From the NCBI GenBank assembly GCA_963662285.2, contig CAXXMV010000006.1, forward strand, positions 832,001-896,000: 64,000 nucleotides of DNA, written 5' to 3'. This document shows, in pieces, positions 52,507 through 62,186 of the stretch. The translations under genes and the position numbers were made by a program. Every line of letters starts with the position of its first letter. The first letter of the stretch is position 1. The notes under the pieces were generated by a model, which was given only the letters and a program-made list of their open reading frames with translations, searched no databases and had not been told where the DNA came from. The stretch comes from a bacterium (GTDB lineage Bacteria > Hinthialibacterota > Hinthialibacteria > Hinthialibacterales > Hinthialibacteraceae).

Positions 52507-53164
52507 TTGAATCTGAGGTTTGTCTGTAACTGGCTATCCAGACAGTAGTTGAGAACTTCTTTATATTCATCGGCGAAGGTTCTTCATTAGGTAGGCTGGC
52601 TTCGAAAAGCCCGATGGAAATATTTACCGCAATGGGTATGGCGCTTGATGAATCCCATTCGGGCCACCATGCTTCTCCATCAAAATATTGCAATTCGAGA
52701 GAGACCACGCGTGGCCCCAGCAGCGCCAGTTCCCCTCCGCTGAAGGGATCAGTATCAATGGTGTAGTCCATCCGGCGCAGCAGCCAGCGTTCGGGAGTGG
52801 TCTCGTCCAGATCGATATAATACTGGATTTCTGCGATATCACAGGCGCCAGCGCCTGTTTCGGCTGGATTGTTGACGCTGCTGATAAAAGTGAGACTGTC
52901 AGTATCAAGTTCGCCGGTCATCTGGTCGTATCCCACAAACCGGGTGACATCCTCATGCGGTGATAGGAAAGTCGCTTCCAGATCAGTACGCATACGGTCG
53001 AGAATCAGGCGGGCGGTTTCAGCCATATTGGTTTTACCGCCTAATTCTTTGTATGCTCTAAGAACAACAGACATAGAAGCAAAAGCGCTGCCTAACACCA
53101 TCGCTGTAATGGTGGCGGCCAGTAATAACTCAACCAGAGTAAACGCTTTTTGTCTGTTTTTCAT
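52466..53164 (-). CDS. gspJ: Minor pseudopilin GspJ
   Basis: KA|FTLVELL; YFDGEAWWPEWDS...PIAV. Confidence 0.85.
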   Translation of the reverse strand: MKNRQKAFTLVELLLAATITAMVLGSAFASMSVVLRAYKELGGKTNMAETARLILDRMRTDLEATFLSPHEDVTRFVGYDQMTGELDTDSLTFISSVNNPAETGAGACDIAEIQYYIDLDETTPERWLLRRMDYTIDTDPFSGGELALLGPRVVSLELQYFDGEAWWPEWDSSSAIPIAVNISIGLFEASLPNEEPSPMNIKKFSTTVWIASYRQTSDSNESSDEGGQSGER

Positions 53165-53240
53165 AATGGTTTAACGTTTGATATCTCTATATAATTCAAT
53201 CTTTAGCGTATTTTTTTTCTATCCGCCGCTTGAAGAGTCA

Positions 53241-53720
53241 TATTCCTCTCCCAAGCCACTGATCCTTACCCACAAGTTTTGTTTGGATTCATTGCCTCCT
53301 AACATTGTTGGGTATTTCTTTACAAGGGTGGTCGTTATCAACCCTCTCCTAACCTCTCCCAATCTTGGGAGAGGAATGTTAGACCACGGTGTTTTGTATG
53401 ACTAAGTCAAAATGATATAGCTGGTTATATCTGCAAAATCCCTCTCCCCCAAGTTGGGGGAGAATTCAAGAGGGGGTTGTTTTCTATAACCTTAGATTTT
53501 TCAATTGGCGTTATAATCATAATCTAATAGTTGTTTTTAGGATTATAGGTGGACTCAATCAAGGGTAGAAAATACACTACCCTTGCCACCCGGTATTCTC
53601 TAATCCTTAACCCATAAAATATTATTTATATTTGTGGGTTAAGATCAGCCCAAGCCTGGGGGAGGTTAGGAGGGGGTTGCGCAACCCCCCTCTAACTCCC
53701 CCCAGGCTTGGGGGGAGAAT
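53241..53720. repeat. Compound repeat cluster inside the gsp operon
   Basis: Family 2 hairpins at 53241, 53339, 53440, 53649-53720; family 3 at 53553-53592; 49-bp palindrome at 53600-53648. Confidence 0.8.
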
Positions 53721-53731
53721 ACTATATATAT

Positions 53732-54217
53732 TCATCTACCGCTTGAACTTGAACTGCTTTTGGAACTTGAACCGCCGCTGGAAGCATCTTCCGCCATACT
53801 GAAATAATGGTACGTTGTATACTTTAATTCGTGGTCTCTGCTTCCCCTCTTCCACATAACTTTCATTTCCACTTGATAGAGGTCAGTCATATCGGTGTAT
53901 AAATAAGTTACAGTCCATTTAAAGCCGGACTGAGTGGTAAATTCGCCTTCGTTTGTATCATAAGGAGAGAACTGATTCGTACGTAGATTGCCATGCAGTT
54001 CTCCAATCAGCGTTGATGCTATGGAGTAATCCTCCGAAAGTTTCCCCGTCATAATTGATGCTGAGAATGTAGTCAGAATGCTGGTCACCGCAATTCCAAG
54101 AATTGTCATGGCCAGCAGCGCTTCCACCAATGAAAAAGCTGCCGCGCCGCGACTTTCTTTAGTGCGTTTAGCGGTGCAGATAAAAACTGACAGATTATTG
54201 ATAAACCATTTATTCAT
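53732..54217 (-). CDS. gspI: Minor pseudopilin GspI-like
   Basis: AA|FSLVEALLA; FKW, LYQVEMKVMW. Confidence 0.75.
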   Translation of the reverse strand: MNKWFINNLSVFICTAKRTKESRGAAAFSLVEALLAMTILGIAVTSILTTFSASIMTGKLSEDYSIASTLIGELHGNLRTNQFSPYDTNEGEFTTQSGFKWTVTYLYTDMTDLYQVEMKVMWKRGSRDHELKYTTYHYFSMAEDASSGGSSSKSSSSSSGR

Positions 54218-54223
54218 AACTAC

Positions 54224-54787
54224 TTACTCATAAAAACTCTCTGTCATACGGTTCCAGACCATGACTTGCCCGGTTAGTCCCACGATACCCACTGTATAAG
54301 TGTTTTCGTACTTATCTATCATATATATGAAGGTGTCAGACGTTGTCCCGTCTGGCTGGAAAGTGATTTCATTTTCCTTTTGCGAACCGGATAAGGTTCT
54401 TTTATCTATCTTGGCTATAGATGTATCTGTGCGGTATTTTTTGGGATATTTAATCGGCAGACGAACTGGTTCATACGTACCTGGAGCATTAACCGGATCG
54501 CTTTCAATAGATATCTGAATTATTCCGGTTTCCTGATCAAATAAAATCTGGGTTACGGCGCTGCGTTCAATGGCCAGACTCCTGGTATATCTCAGGATAT
54601 GGCTCAAGGTTTGCGCGGCGTGTTTGAGAGTGGTTCCTTCAAGAAACGGTTTGAACATAGGCGTGATGCCGCCCAGCATGATAGCCATTAAAGTAATGAC
54701 CAGCAGCATCTCCACCAGAGTGAATCCTCTGGAGAATATCCTGGGATTGTTATCCCGTTTAATATCAAGTCTTTCTTTGTTATTCAT
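54224..54787 (-). CDS. gspH: Minor pseudopilin GspH/FimT-like
   Basis: RG|FTLVEML; RSLAI; ITFQPDG. Confidence 0.8.
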   Translation of the reverse strand: MNNKERLDIKRDNNPRIFSRGFTLVEMLLVITLMAIMLGGITPMFKPFLEGTTLKHAAQTLSHILRYTRSLAIERSAVTQILFDQETGIIQISIESDPVNAPGTYEPVRLPIKYPKKYRTDTSIAKIDKRTLSGSQKENEITFQPDGTTSDTFIYMIDKYENTYTVGIVGLTGQVMVWNRMTESFYE

Positions 54788-54800
54788 TATCTTTTATATG

Positions 54801-55072
54801 CGGGCGCCAAGGGCAGTGTATTTTCTGCCCTTGATTGAGTTCACCTCTTTTATTTCCAAAATTCTTATCAACGATCCAAGTAAAAGTAAGATTCATCATT
54901 CACTTAATATTTTCGGCAAATGTATTCATGTCTCTCAAATTTAATATAAGATAGATCATTAAGTTGAATTTATTGTTAATTTGTAAAAAATCATAGAATT
55001 AAATCCATGTAACTATAGTTACCAGTCAAGGGCAGAAAGGACACTGCCCTTGGCACCCGCTTGGGGGAGAAT
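54801..55072. repeat. Inverted pair of family 3 hairpins between gspF and gspH
   Basis: CGGGCGCCAAGGGCAGTGTATTTTCTGCCCTTGA (54801) and TCAAGGGCAGAAAGGACACTGCCCTTGGCACCCG (55026). Confidence 0.8.
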
Positions 55073-55093
55073 TTGAGTCTTAATGCTAACAAA

Positions 55094-56323
55094 TTAGTTG
55101 ATCATCTTCCCTATGTTAAGAATTGGCAGGAGGAAAGCGAATAAAACTCCACCTACGCCAATAGCCATAAGAATAATAACCATCGGTTCAAAAAGGGTGA
55201 TGAATCGTTTGATGGCGTGCTGTACTTCCTGATCGTATGTTTCGGCCACCTGATCCAGCATTTCATCAAGTGAGCCGGATTCTTCGCCCACCGCGATAAG
55301 GTTAGTAACCATAGGGGGGAAAAACCCAGTCTCTTTCAGGGGTGATGCAAGTCCCTGACCTTTCTGGACTTTCTCGCATACTTCCCGTAAACAACGTGAA
55401 AGAATTGAACTGGAAGTCGTGTCAACCATCAGGTTAAGAGATTGCAAAACCGGGATGCCGCTTCTTACCAGGGTTCCCATGGTTCGCGAGAATCGGGCGA
55501 TTTGCGCTTTTATGAGCATGGTCCCGATTAAGGGAAGCCGTTCGCATATTATATCCAGCGTCTCCTTACCTTTGGGAGTGTTCTTAATCTTGCGAAAGCC
55601 ATATCCCAATCCGATCATAATCAACAGAATCAACCAGGAATAACCTAATATTACATCGCTGGTTTTAATTAATACTCGCGTTAAAAGCGGTAGTTTATCG
55701 CCGAAATCCGCAAAGACAGAACTAAGCCGGGGGATGACGAATGCCACCAGCATGAAAATTGAACCGATTCCAACCACTACCACCAGCAATGGATAAGCCA
55801 GAGCGGTGAGAATATTGGAGCGAAGCGCGTTTTCGGCCTCCATAAAACTGGCCAGTTGCTTTAATACGACATCAAGCACTCCGCCGGACTCTCCGACGCG
55901 GATCATACTGCAATAGAGACGGCTGAAATGTTTGGGGTATTTGCCTAATGCTTCAGATAAACTGGCGCCTTCATGAATTCGATGACGCAGGTCGCCAATT
56001 ATGTCCGACATTGAGCCGCTTTCCGATTGTTCTTCAAGGATGGAGAGCGCCTGCGACATGACGATTCCCGCTTTGAGCAGAGCGCCTAACTGGCTGGTGA
56101 AAACCAGCACATCGCGGGATGTGATTCGTGAACGGCGGCTTTTAGTAGTTTTGGATGCTATGTTTTTGGCGGAAATAGATAGTTCTTCGCCTTCCTTAAC
56201 GCCAAGAGGTCTCAGGCCAAGGTCTTTGATCTGATTGACCGCTTCTTGCCGGTTTTCCGCTGTCAGCGTCCCTGAAGATGTCTGGCCTTCCGTAGATAAG
56301 GCGCGATATGAAAAAATTGGCAT
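55094..56323 (-). CDS. gspF: T2SS inner membrane platform protein
   Basis: FTSQLGALLKAG, GESGG, ALAYP, GEESGSL, LFEP. Confidence 0.93.
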   Translation of the reverse strand: MPIFSYRALSTEGQTSSGTLTAENRQEAVNQIKDLGLRPLGVKEGEELSISAKNIASKTTKSRRSRITSRDVLVFTSQLGALLKAGIVMSQALSILEEQSESGSMSDIIGDLRHRIHEGASLSEALGKYPKHFSRLYCSMIRVGESGGVLDVVLKQLASFMEAENALRSNILTALAYPLLVVVVGIGSIFMLVAFVIPRLSSVFADFGDKLPLLTRVLIKTSDVILGYSWLILLIMIGLGYGFRKIKNTPKGKETLDIICERLPLIGTMLIKAQIARFSRTMGTLVRSGIPVLQSLNLMVDTTSSSILSRCLREVCEKVQKGQGLASPLKETGFFPPMVTNLIAVGEESGSLDEMLDQVAETYDQEVQHAIKRFITLFEPMVIILMAIGVGGVLFAFLLPILNIGKMIN

Positions 56324-56549
56324 AGTTATTCCCGTTTATAATATTAAACGCATGAAAATTACATCTGGTTTCAATAATCTTTGGTTTTTGTTAAAATAAA
56401 TAATATGCAACCAAAGGCATCGCTGAGTAGTAATAGAGGTTAATAAATACTTATTCCTATCGAAAACGCCGGATTTGTTCGAAATCCCATCTTTTTTGAC
56501 TATGAACTACAGTTTGGACGCAGGTTATTTTGAGAAAATCTCAATATAT

Positions 56550-58232
56550 CTATAGATTAGATATTTCGTCTTCCTGCGTAACGCGTATTATCTCTTCCAC
56601 TGTCGTTGTTCCATCCAAGACTTTTTGCCATCCATAATCTCTGAGATTCTTGATGCCCGCCATTTGATGAACCTGATTGGATGAAGGTCTCGTGAGAATC
56701 AATTCTCGAAGTTCATCATTGATGGGCAGCAGTTCGAAGATGCCGTTGCGTCCTTTGTAGCCTTGATTATGGCAAAACTCGCATCCTTTGCCCTTGTAAA
56801 CCTGCTGGCCGGGGGGGATTTGCAAACCGGCGAGACGTAGCAATTCCGGATCGGGGGTATAGGGTTCCTTGCATTTTGAACAATTAACCCGGATCAGGCG
56901 CTGCGCCAGAACGCAGGTGACGGCGGAGGATATCAAAAACGGATCGACTCCCATATCCATAAGCCGGGTAATGGCGCCGGAGGCATTGTTGGTATGAAGC
57001 GTACTGAAGACCAGGTGTCCGGTCAGCGCAGAACGGATAGCGATTTCCGCCGTCTCAAAATCGCGGATTTCACCAACCATGATGATGTCGGGGTCCTGAC
57101 GGACTATAGCGCGTAGTCCGTTGGCGAAGGTTAATCCACGTTTGGGATTAACCTGCATCTGGTTGATGCCTTCGATGTTGTATTCTACTGGATCCTCGAC
57201 AGTTACGATTTTTACCGTAGGATTTTTTATGACGTTCAATCCCGCATATAGGGTAGTTGTTTTACCTGAACCGGTTGGACCGGTGACCAGTATGATGCCA
57301 TAGGTTCGGTTGAGGATCCGTTCGAATTGTTCCTTCATGTCCGGATAGAAGCCCAGGTCGTCAATCTGGATCAAAACATTGGTTTTATCCAGGATGCGCA
57401 TTACCACGCTTTCGCCGTGGACGGTCGGTATGGTTGAAACGCGGAAATCAAGTTCCCTATCGGACATGCGCAGCCGAATATGACCATCTTGAGGGGTGTA
57501 GCGTTCAGCGATGTCCATCTCTGACATAATCTTGATGCGCGAAATGACGGCGGGCTGCAAATGCTTGGGAGGGGGTGGAATCTCGCGCAGCATACCGTCG
57601 ATGCGGTAGCGGATTTTCAGTTCGTTCTCGAAAGGTTCGATATGAATATCGCTGGCGTCTTCTTGCACCGCCTGAAAGATAATCAGGTTAACCAGGTTCA
57701 CTACTGTCGGTTCGCTGGCTAATTGGTGCAGATCGGAAATATTATCAGAAACTATAATCGGGCTGTCTTCATCGCTCGGGCTGAGGTTGGCGATCATCTT
57801 TTCGATGCTGGCCCCGAAATAGCGCTCAATATTTTCTAGTAGTTCTTTGCGCCGCGCCAAGACGATTTCTATTTCAAAGCCGGTCAACATGCGTAGATCG
57901 TCGAACACCTGCAACTCGCTGGGATCGACCGCCGCGACGGTCAGCGAGCCATTCTCTTTGATTAACGGAAGGATGCAGTGCCGCAAAGCGAATTCCGCTG
58001 GCACCAGATTGACTACGCTGGGAAGTATCTTTTTCGGTATTTCCACCCAGCGAACTCCAGTCGCCTGGCTTTTGGCGTCCAAAAGACTGTCTTCATCAAT
58101 GTAATGATGGCGCAGTATAATATCTTCAAGGCAGTCGCCGGTCTCCTGTTGCTCCTGCCGGGCTTTTTGCTGCTTCTCTTCAGATAGAAGTCCGGTATCA
58201 ATTAATACGTTCAATAGGTCAGCATCAGTCAT
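56550..58232 (-). CDS. gspE: T2SS ATPase GspE/PilB
   Basis: ASDIHIEP, GPTGSGKTT, EDPVE, RQDPD, GEIRD, CxxC...CxxC. Confidence 0.95.
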   Translation of the reverse strand: MTDADLLNVLIDTGLLSEEKQQKARQEQQETGDCLEDIILRHHYIDEDSLLDAKSQATGVRWVEIPKKILPSVVNLVPAEFALRHCILPLIKENGSLTVAAVDPSELQVFDDLRMLTGFEIEIVLARRKELLENIERYFGASIEKMIANLSPSDEDSPIIVSDNISDLHQLASEPTVVNLVNLIIFQAVQEDASDIHIEPFENELKIRYRIDGMLREIPPPPKHLQPAVISRIKIMSEMDIAERYTPQDGHIRLRMSDRELDFRVSTIPTVHGESVVMRILDKTNVLIQIDDLGFYPDMKEQFERILNRTYGIILVTGPTGSGKTTTLYAGLNVIKNPTVKIVTVEDPVEYNIEGINQMQVNPKRGLTFANGLRAIVRQDPDIIMVGEIRDFETAEIAIRSALTGHLVFSTLHTNNASGAITRLMDMGVDPFLISSAVTCVLAQRLIRVNCSKCKEPYTPDPELLRLAGLQIPPGQQVYKGKGCEFCHNQGYKGRNGIFELLPINDELRELILTRPSSNQVHQMAGIKNLRDYGWQKVLDGTTTVEEIIRVTQEDEISNL

Positions 58233-58479
58233 CAGTTTTTGTCTTATCCATGAGAAATTGGCAAATGCGTTGGAGTATATTAAATGATTCCAACATGCAA
58301 ATTGCTTTATTGTATTATGAATACTACTCTATATATAAAAGAAATAATATATAATAAGATTACATCCTTACATATATAACGCAGTAGAATACTAAATCGC
58401 TATAAAAAAAATCAAATTTTATTTATACTTATTATTTAGTCGTACTTTTTACTGATTTGGTTCATCAAAATTTGATTAG

Positions 58480-58507
58480 TTGACTGTGATCAACATGTAA
58501 CTACAAT
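58480..58507 (+). promoter_or_regulatory. Promoter with overlapping FNR/CRP-like box
   Basis: TTGACT-N16-TACAAT; TTGAC-N4-ATCAA at 58480-58493. Confidence 0.4.
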
Positions 58508-58541
58508 ATAATAGTAATCAATATAGAAAAAGGTGTCAAAA

Positions 58542-58778
58542 ATGCCAATATATGAATTTTTTTGTAAGAAATGCGGACAAAATTTTGAAGAACTAGTCTA
58601 TTCTCAAAATGAAAAAATTAGTTGTCCTAAATGCAAAAGTGAATCCGTCGAAAAGCAACTATCCACCTTCGGCGTAAACACTCCATCTGCGTTTCCCGGA
58701 TGCGCCAGTGGATCATGCGATATGGCTAATCCCCCGGCTGGCTGTGCAGATGGCTGTTGTCCCGGCTGCAAGCATTAG
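58542..58778 (+). CDS. FmdB family zinc ribbon protein
   Basis: MPIYEFFCKKCG...CPKC, Cys-rich tail. Confidence 0.88.
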   Translation: MPIYEFFCKKCGQNFEELVYSQNEKISCPKCKSESVEKQLSTFGVNTPSAFPGCASGSCDMANPPAGCADGCCPGCKH

Positions 58779-59064
58779 AGCGATTCGCTAAATTAAGTGT
58801 GTCAATGTGGTAGTTAAAATCCCTGAAATATGGGACTTTTAACCAATACTGCGCTTTCAATGCGTATATACTTTTGTTAAGCGCTATAACCTCATATATC
58901 TATATTTATGCATTTCCCACGTTTTTTAGTATAATAAGCGGTTTGTGTGAATTGACGAATATAATAATTCCCTCTTTAATAGACGATTACTGCTTAAAGA
59001 ATATTTCATTGTGAAAGGTTTAATTGCAAATCCTCTCACAATTTAGATAAGGGGTTCTACAGAT

Positions 59065-59766
59065 ATGTCTGCGTCCAAAATGGATCACAAAGAGTTGCAA
59101 CGCCGCTTGAAAGAAGATGAAGTCGCGGTGTTCATTACCGAAGTCAAGGATAAAGTAAAGATGCTTTATTCGGATTATGGTCGGCAATCATTGTTGGCTA
59201 TATGTCTAATAGCAGTTGTTTTATTTGCCAGTCATTTTTGGAAAGCGAAACGAATGAACGATTTTGAAGCGTCTCAGCGTTTATATTCCAATGCTGTGGC
59301 GTTTGTTCAGCAATCTCAATACCATGATGCGCTTAACGATCTAGGGACGTTGTTAGATGATTATTCAGGTAGCAAAATCGCTGTTATGGCAAAGGTTATG
59401 CGCGGCAACTGCTATTCCCAGATTGGAGAATACGATCTGGCTTTGGCCGATTATCAAGCCGTTGTTTCAAAATTAGCTCCCGAAGAGGCTTCAATGGTGC
59501 GGCTTTCAATGGTTCAAACATTGCGCAGCCTGGATAAACCTGATGACGCTCTGCAAGAACTTGCTATTGTTGAAAAACAAGTTAAATCCCCATCAATGAA
59601 AGAACAGATTATTTACCTTCGTGGTTGCTGCTATGAAGATAAGAATGATGTTGATCAGGCATTGATAGCCTTTAAGGCGATTCCTCCTGAATCGAAGTTG
59701 AATTCATTGGCTTCGGATAAAATCAGCATTCTGGAAGCGCCGACAGTTGAACCGATCAATCCCTAG
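59065..59766 (+). CDS. Membrane-anchored TPR protein (YfgM-like)
   Basis: LKEDE N-terminus, single TM, TPR-like helices. Confidence 0.75.
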   Translation: MSASKMDHKELQRRLKEDEVAVFITEVKDKVKMLYSDYGRQSLLAICLIAVVLFASHFWKAKRMNDFEASQRLYSNAVAFVQQSQYHDALNDLGTLLDDYSGSKIAVMAKVMRGNCYSQIGEYDLALADYQAVVSKLAPEEASMVRLSMVQTLRSLDKPDDALQELAIVEKQVKSPSMKEQIIYLRGCCYEDKNDVDQALIAFKAIPPESKLNSLASDKISILEAPTVEPINP

Positions 59767-59820
59767 ATCAATTATCGATTTGTTTAAGTTTGTTTAAGTT
59801 TATTGTAATATAAATTTTTA

Positions 59821-59860
59821 ATTTCAAAAAAGCCCTTTAATATGGGCTTTTTTTTGAAAT
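59821..59860. terminator. Hairpin terminator
   Basis: ATTTCAAAAAAGCCC/GGGCTTTTTTTTGAAAT. Confidence 0.75.
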
Positions 59861-59925
59861 AGAGTCTAACAAAAAACAGTCCACCCACCCCAGGGCGGCT
59901 TGTGACCGGATTTGCCTGGAATATT

Positions 59926-60981
59926 ATGGATTTGAAAGAGCGTGCGTTCTCTCCATCTGAATATGCAGATAAAAAAGAACTGCGCCGCTTTATGCGTGAA
60001 AAACGATCTCTGCAAGATCCCCGCGCTATGCAGTTGAAGAATCAGCGAATTGCTGAACGTTTTATCTCTATCCCCGAATTTGCTGATGTTTCATCTATAG
60101 CGCTCTATGCCTCTCTCTCAGATGAATCTCAAACTTATGCTATTGCTTCGTATTGCTTACAAATGGGAAAGTCCATTGCCTTTCCATGCATAGAAGAGAA
60201 AGACATAGTTTTTCGCCAGGTGAAAGATCGAGAAAAAGAGTTGCGCTTACAGGGTTCTTTCGGCATCCGTGAACCGGATAAAGATCTATGTCCTATAGTA
60301 CCTATTGAAGAGATTGATCTGTTCGTTATTCCTGGAGTTGTATTTGATATCTTCGGCTCGCGCATCGGATTCGGCGGTGGATATTATGACCGGGCGTTGG
60401 CTCAAAAACGGTCAGATGCATTGTCTGTCGCCCTTGCCTTTGAGTTTCAAGTGGTTCATGCAATCCAATCTGAACCGCACGACCAGCTGGTTGATATGAT
60501 TGTTACCGATGCAACGGTTTATGCTCCACGGCAATCAATTCACCTATGTAATTCGGAAAAGGATACTCAAACCTTTGCCAAACGGTTGTTTATGAAAGGG
60601 CTTCGGGAACAGGAAATTATTGCTTTACATGCTGACTTAGGCGTCGGTAAAACTGTTTTCGTCCAGGGTTTAGCCGATGCTTTAGGCGCCAATGATGATG
60701 TAATCAGCCCGACATTCATGTATAGCCGTGAATATCAATCCAACCCGCCTTTGACGCACATGGATGCTTATCGTTTGGATAATCTTGCTGATGTAAGCGA
60801 TCCGTTCTGGACGGAATTATTGGATCATCGCGGCATTTTGGCTATAGAATGGGCTGAACGGCTGGGCAGCCGGTTGCCTAAAAGCGCCATTCACTGTTTT
60901 GGAGAAATTATTGATGATCAAACCCGTCAATGGACCCTCTTTACAGCTATTAATGAACATAACCAATTAAATGAGATATAA
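59926..60981 (+). CDS. tsaE: Fusion: 5-formyltetrahydrofolate cyclo-ligase + TsaE ATPase
   Basis: N-part KKELR, FGIREP, PGVVFD, RIGFGGGYYDR, EPHD; C-part ADLGVGKT, SPTF, HMDAYRL, IEWAE in one frame. Confidence 0.88.
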   Translation: MDLKERAFSPSEYADKKELRRFMREKRSLQDPRAMQLKNQRIAERFISIPEFADVSSIALYASLSDESQTYAIASYCLQMGKSIAFPCIEEKDIVFRQVKDREKELRLQGSFGIREPDKDLCPIVPIEEIDLFVIPGVVFDIFGSRIGFGGGYYDRALAQKRSDALSVALAFEFQVVHAIQSEPHDQLVDMIVTDATVYAPRQSIHLCNSEKDTQTFAKRLFMKGLREQEIIALHADLGVGKTVFVQGLADALGANDDVISPTFMYSREYQSNPPLTHMDAYRLDNLADVSDPFWTELLDHRGILAIEWAERLGSRLPKSAIHCFGEIIDDQTRQWTLFTAINEHNQLNEI

Positions 60982-60984
60982 AAT

Positions 60985-61689
60985 ATGTTGATTCTGGCCA
61001 TTGATACATCATCCCCCACCGGTTCCGTCGCCTTGCGCGATGGTAGCGGGACTATCGGCATTTTGACCGCCTGCGTCGATTTGACCCATAGCGAAGGTCT
61101 TATGCCCGCCGTTGATGATTTATTAAAACGCACCGGGAAAAATGTTGATGATATATCGGCTTTGGCATGCGTCACTGGTCCGGGATCATACACCGGATTA
61201 CGGGTGGGCATCGCTACTGCTCATGGTCTGGCATTAACCAAGAATCTGCCTTGCGTGGGAATATCTTCTCTAGAAGTGCTCTCTTGGATTTTACCTCATT
61301 CCCGTTATCTTCTTTGCCCGCTTCTGCCAGCGCGAAAAGGATGGGTCTATGCCAGGCTGTATCGCTGGAAGGATTCCGCTCCAATAGCGCTTACTGATGA
61401 ACTTAATGTTGAGCCGGATGAACTGATTCGCTCGATTCATGAATCCACTGTTTTTTATGGTCCGGGACTGGCGCCCAACCGGGATGATCTAAAAGCCATG
61501 CTGCAAGATCAATTTATTGAAATACCGGAGGTCTGCAATCTTCCCCGTGCGGATATCCTGGCGCAATTGGCCGCGCATCAGTTGGAGTCGGGCAATGGCG
61601 TATCAGCCGAAGAATTGCTGCCCCATTATCTTGGTTCTTCACAAGCTGAATTAAACTGGAAAAAGCGCCAGAGCGTACTATCAAAATGA
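60985..61689 (+). CDS. tsaB: t6A biosynthesis protein TsaB
   Basis: ILAIDTS, HSEGLMP, GPGSYTGLRVG. Confidence 0.95.
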   Translation: MLILAIDTSSPTGSVALRDGSGTIGILTACVDLTHSEGLMPAVDDLLKRTGKNVDDISALACVTGPGSYTGLRVGIATAHGLALTKNLPCVGISSLEVLSWILPHSRYLLCPLLPARKGWVYARLYRWKDSAPIALTDELNVEPDELIRSIHESTVFYGPGLAPNRDDLKAMLQDQFIEIPEVCNLPRADILAQLAAHQLESGNGVSAEELLPHYLGSSQAELNWKKRQSVLSK

Positions 61690-62153
61690 CCTGCTTAATT
61701 CGACCACTCTCTGAAGATGATATTGATGCCATATGCGCTATAGAGAATGCGTCCTTTTCCAACCCTTGGACGCGCAAAATGTTCTTGGCGGAATTGAATT
61801 TTCAAGGCTTTCATTTTTCCCGCGTGGCCGAAGATGAAGCATCCGGTCAACTGGTGGGATATAATTTCTTCTGGATTGTTCCCGAAGACGAAGTGCAGAT
61901 CGCCAATATAGCAGTCCACCCCGATCACCGCCGCCAGGGAATCGCACAGCTACTGATTGATGACGCCATTCAAGAAGGTAAAGTCAGAAATGTAACCAGC
62001 GTCAGCCTTGAAGTGCGTGAATCCAACCTCCCCGCCCGGAAATTCTATGAAAAACTGGGTTTCAAACAAGTAGGCAACCGCCCCAACTACTACAATCACC
62101 CCAAAGAAGACGCGCTGATCCTGCGGCTGTTTTTCGGGGATGATTTAGGATAA
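61686..62153 (+). CDS. rimI: Ribosomal protein S18 alanine N-acetyltransferase
   Basis: IENASFSNPW, NIAVHP..RRQG, LEVRESN, RPNYY..EDA. Confidence 0.93.
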   Translation: MTCLIRPLSEDDIDAICAIENASFSNPWTRKMFLAELNFQGFHFSRVAEDEASGQLVGYNFFWIVPEDEVQIANIAVHPDHRRQGIAQLLIDDAIQEGKVRNVTSVSLEVRESNLPARKFYEKLGFKQVGNRPNYYNHPKEDALILRLFFGDDLG

Positions 62154-62186
62154 TATTCAGATTTTTTTTTTGATAAGTCTACATCC

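Noticed and set aside
53178-53405. 75-aa ORF between gspI and gspJ
   Set aside because: Antisense to the operon and made largely of repeat sequence
56324-56549. Riboswitch between gspE and gspF
   Set aside because: No recognisable aptamer consensus by eye
59767-59925. 6S RNA upstream of the cyclo-ligase gene
   Set aside because: Expected from common synteny, but the gap is short, AT-rich and occupied by a terminator, with no long 6S-like rod
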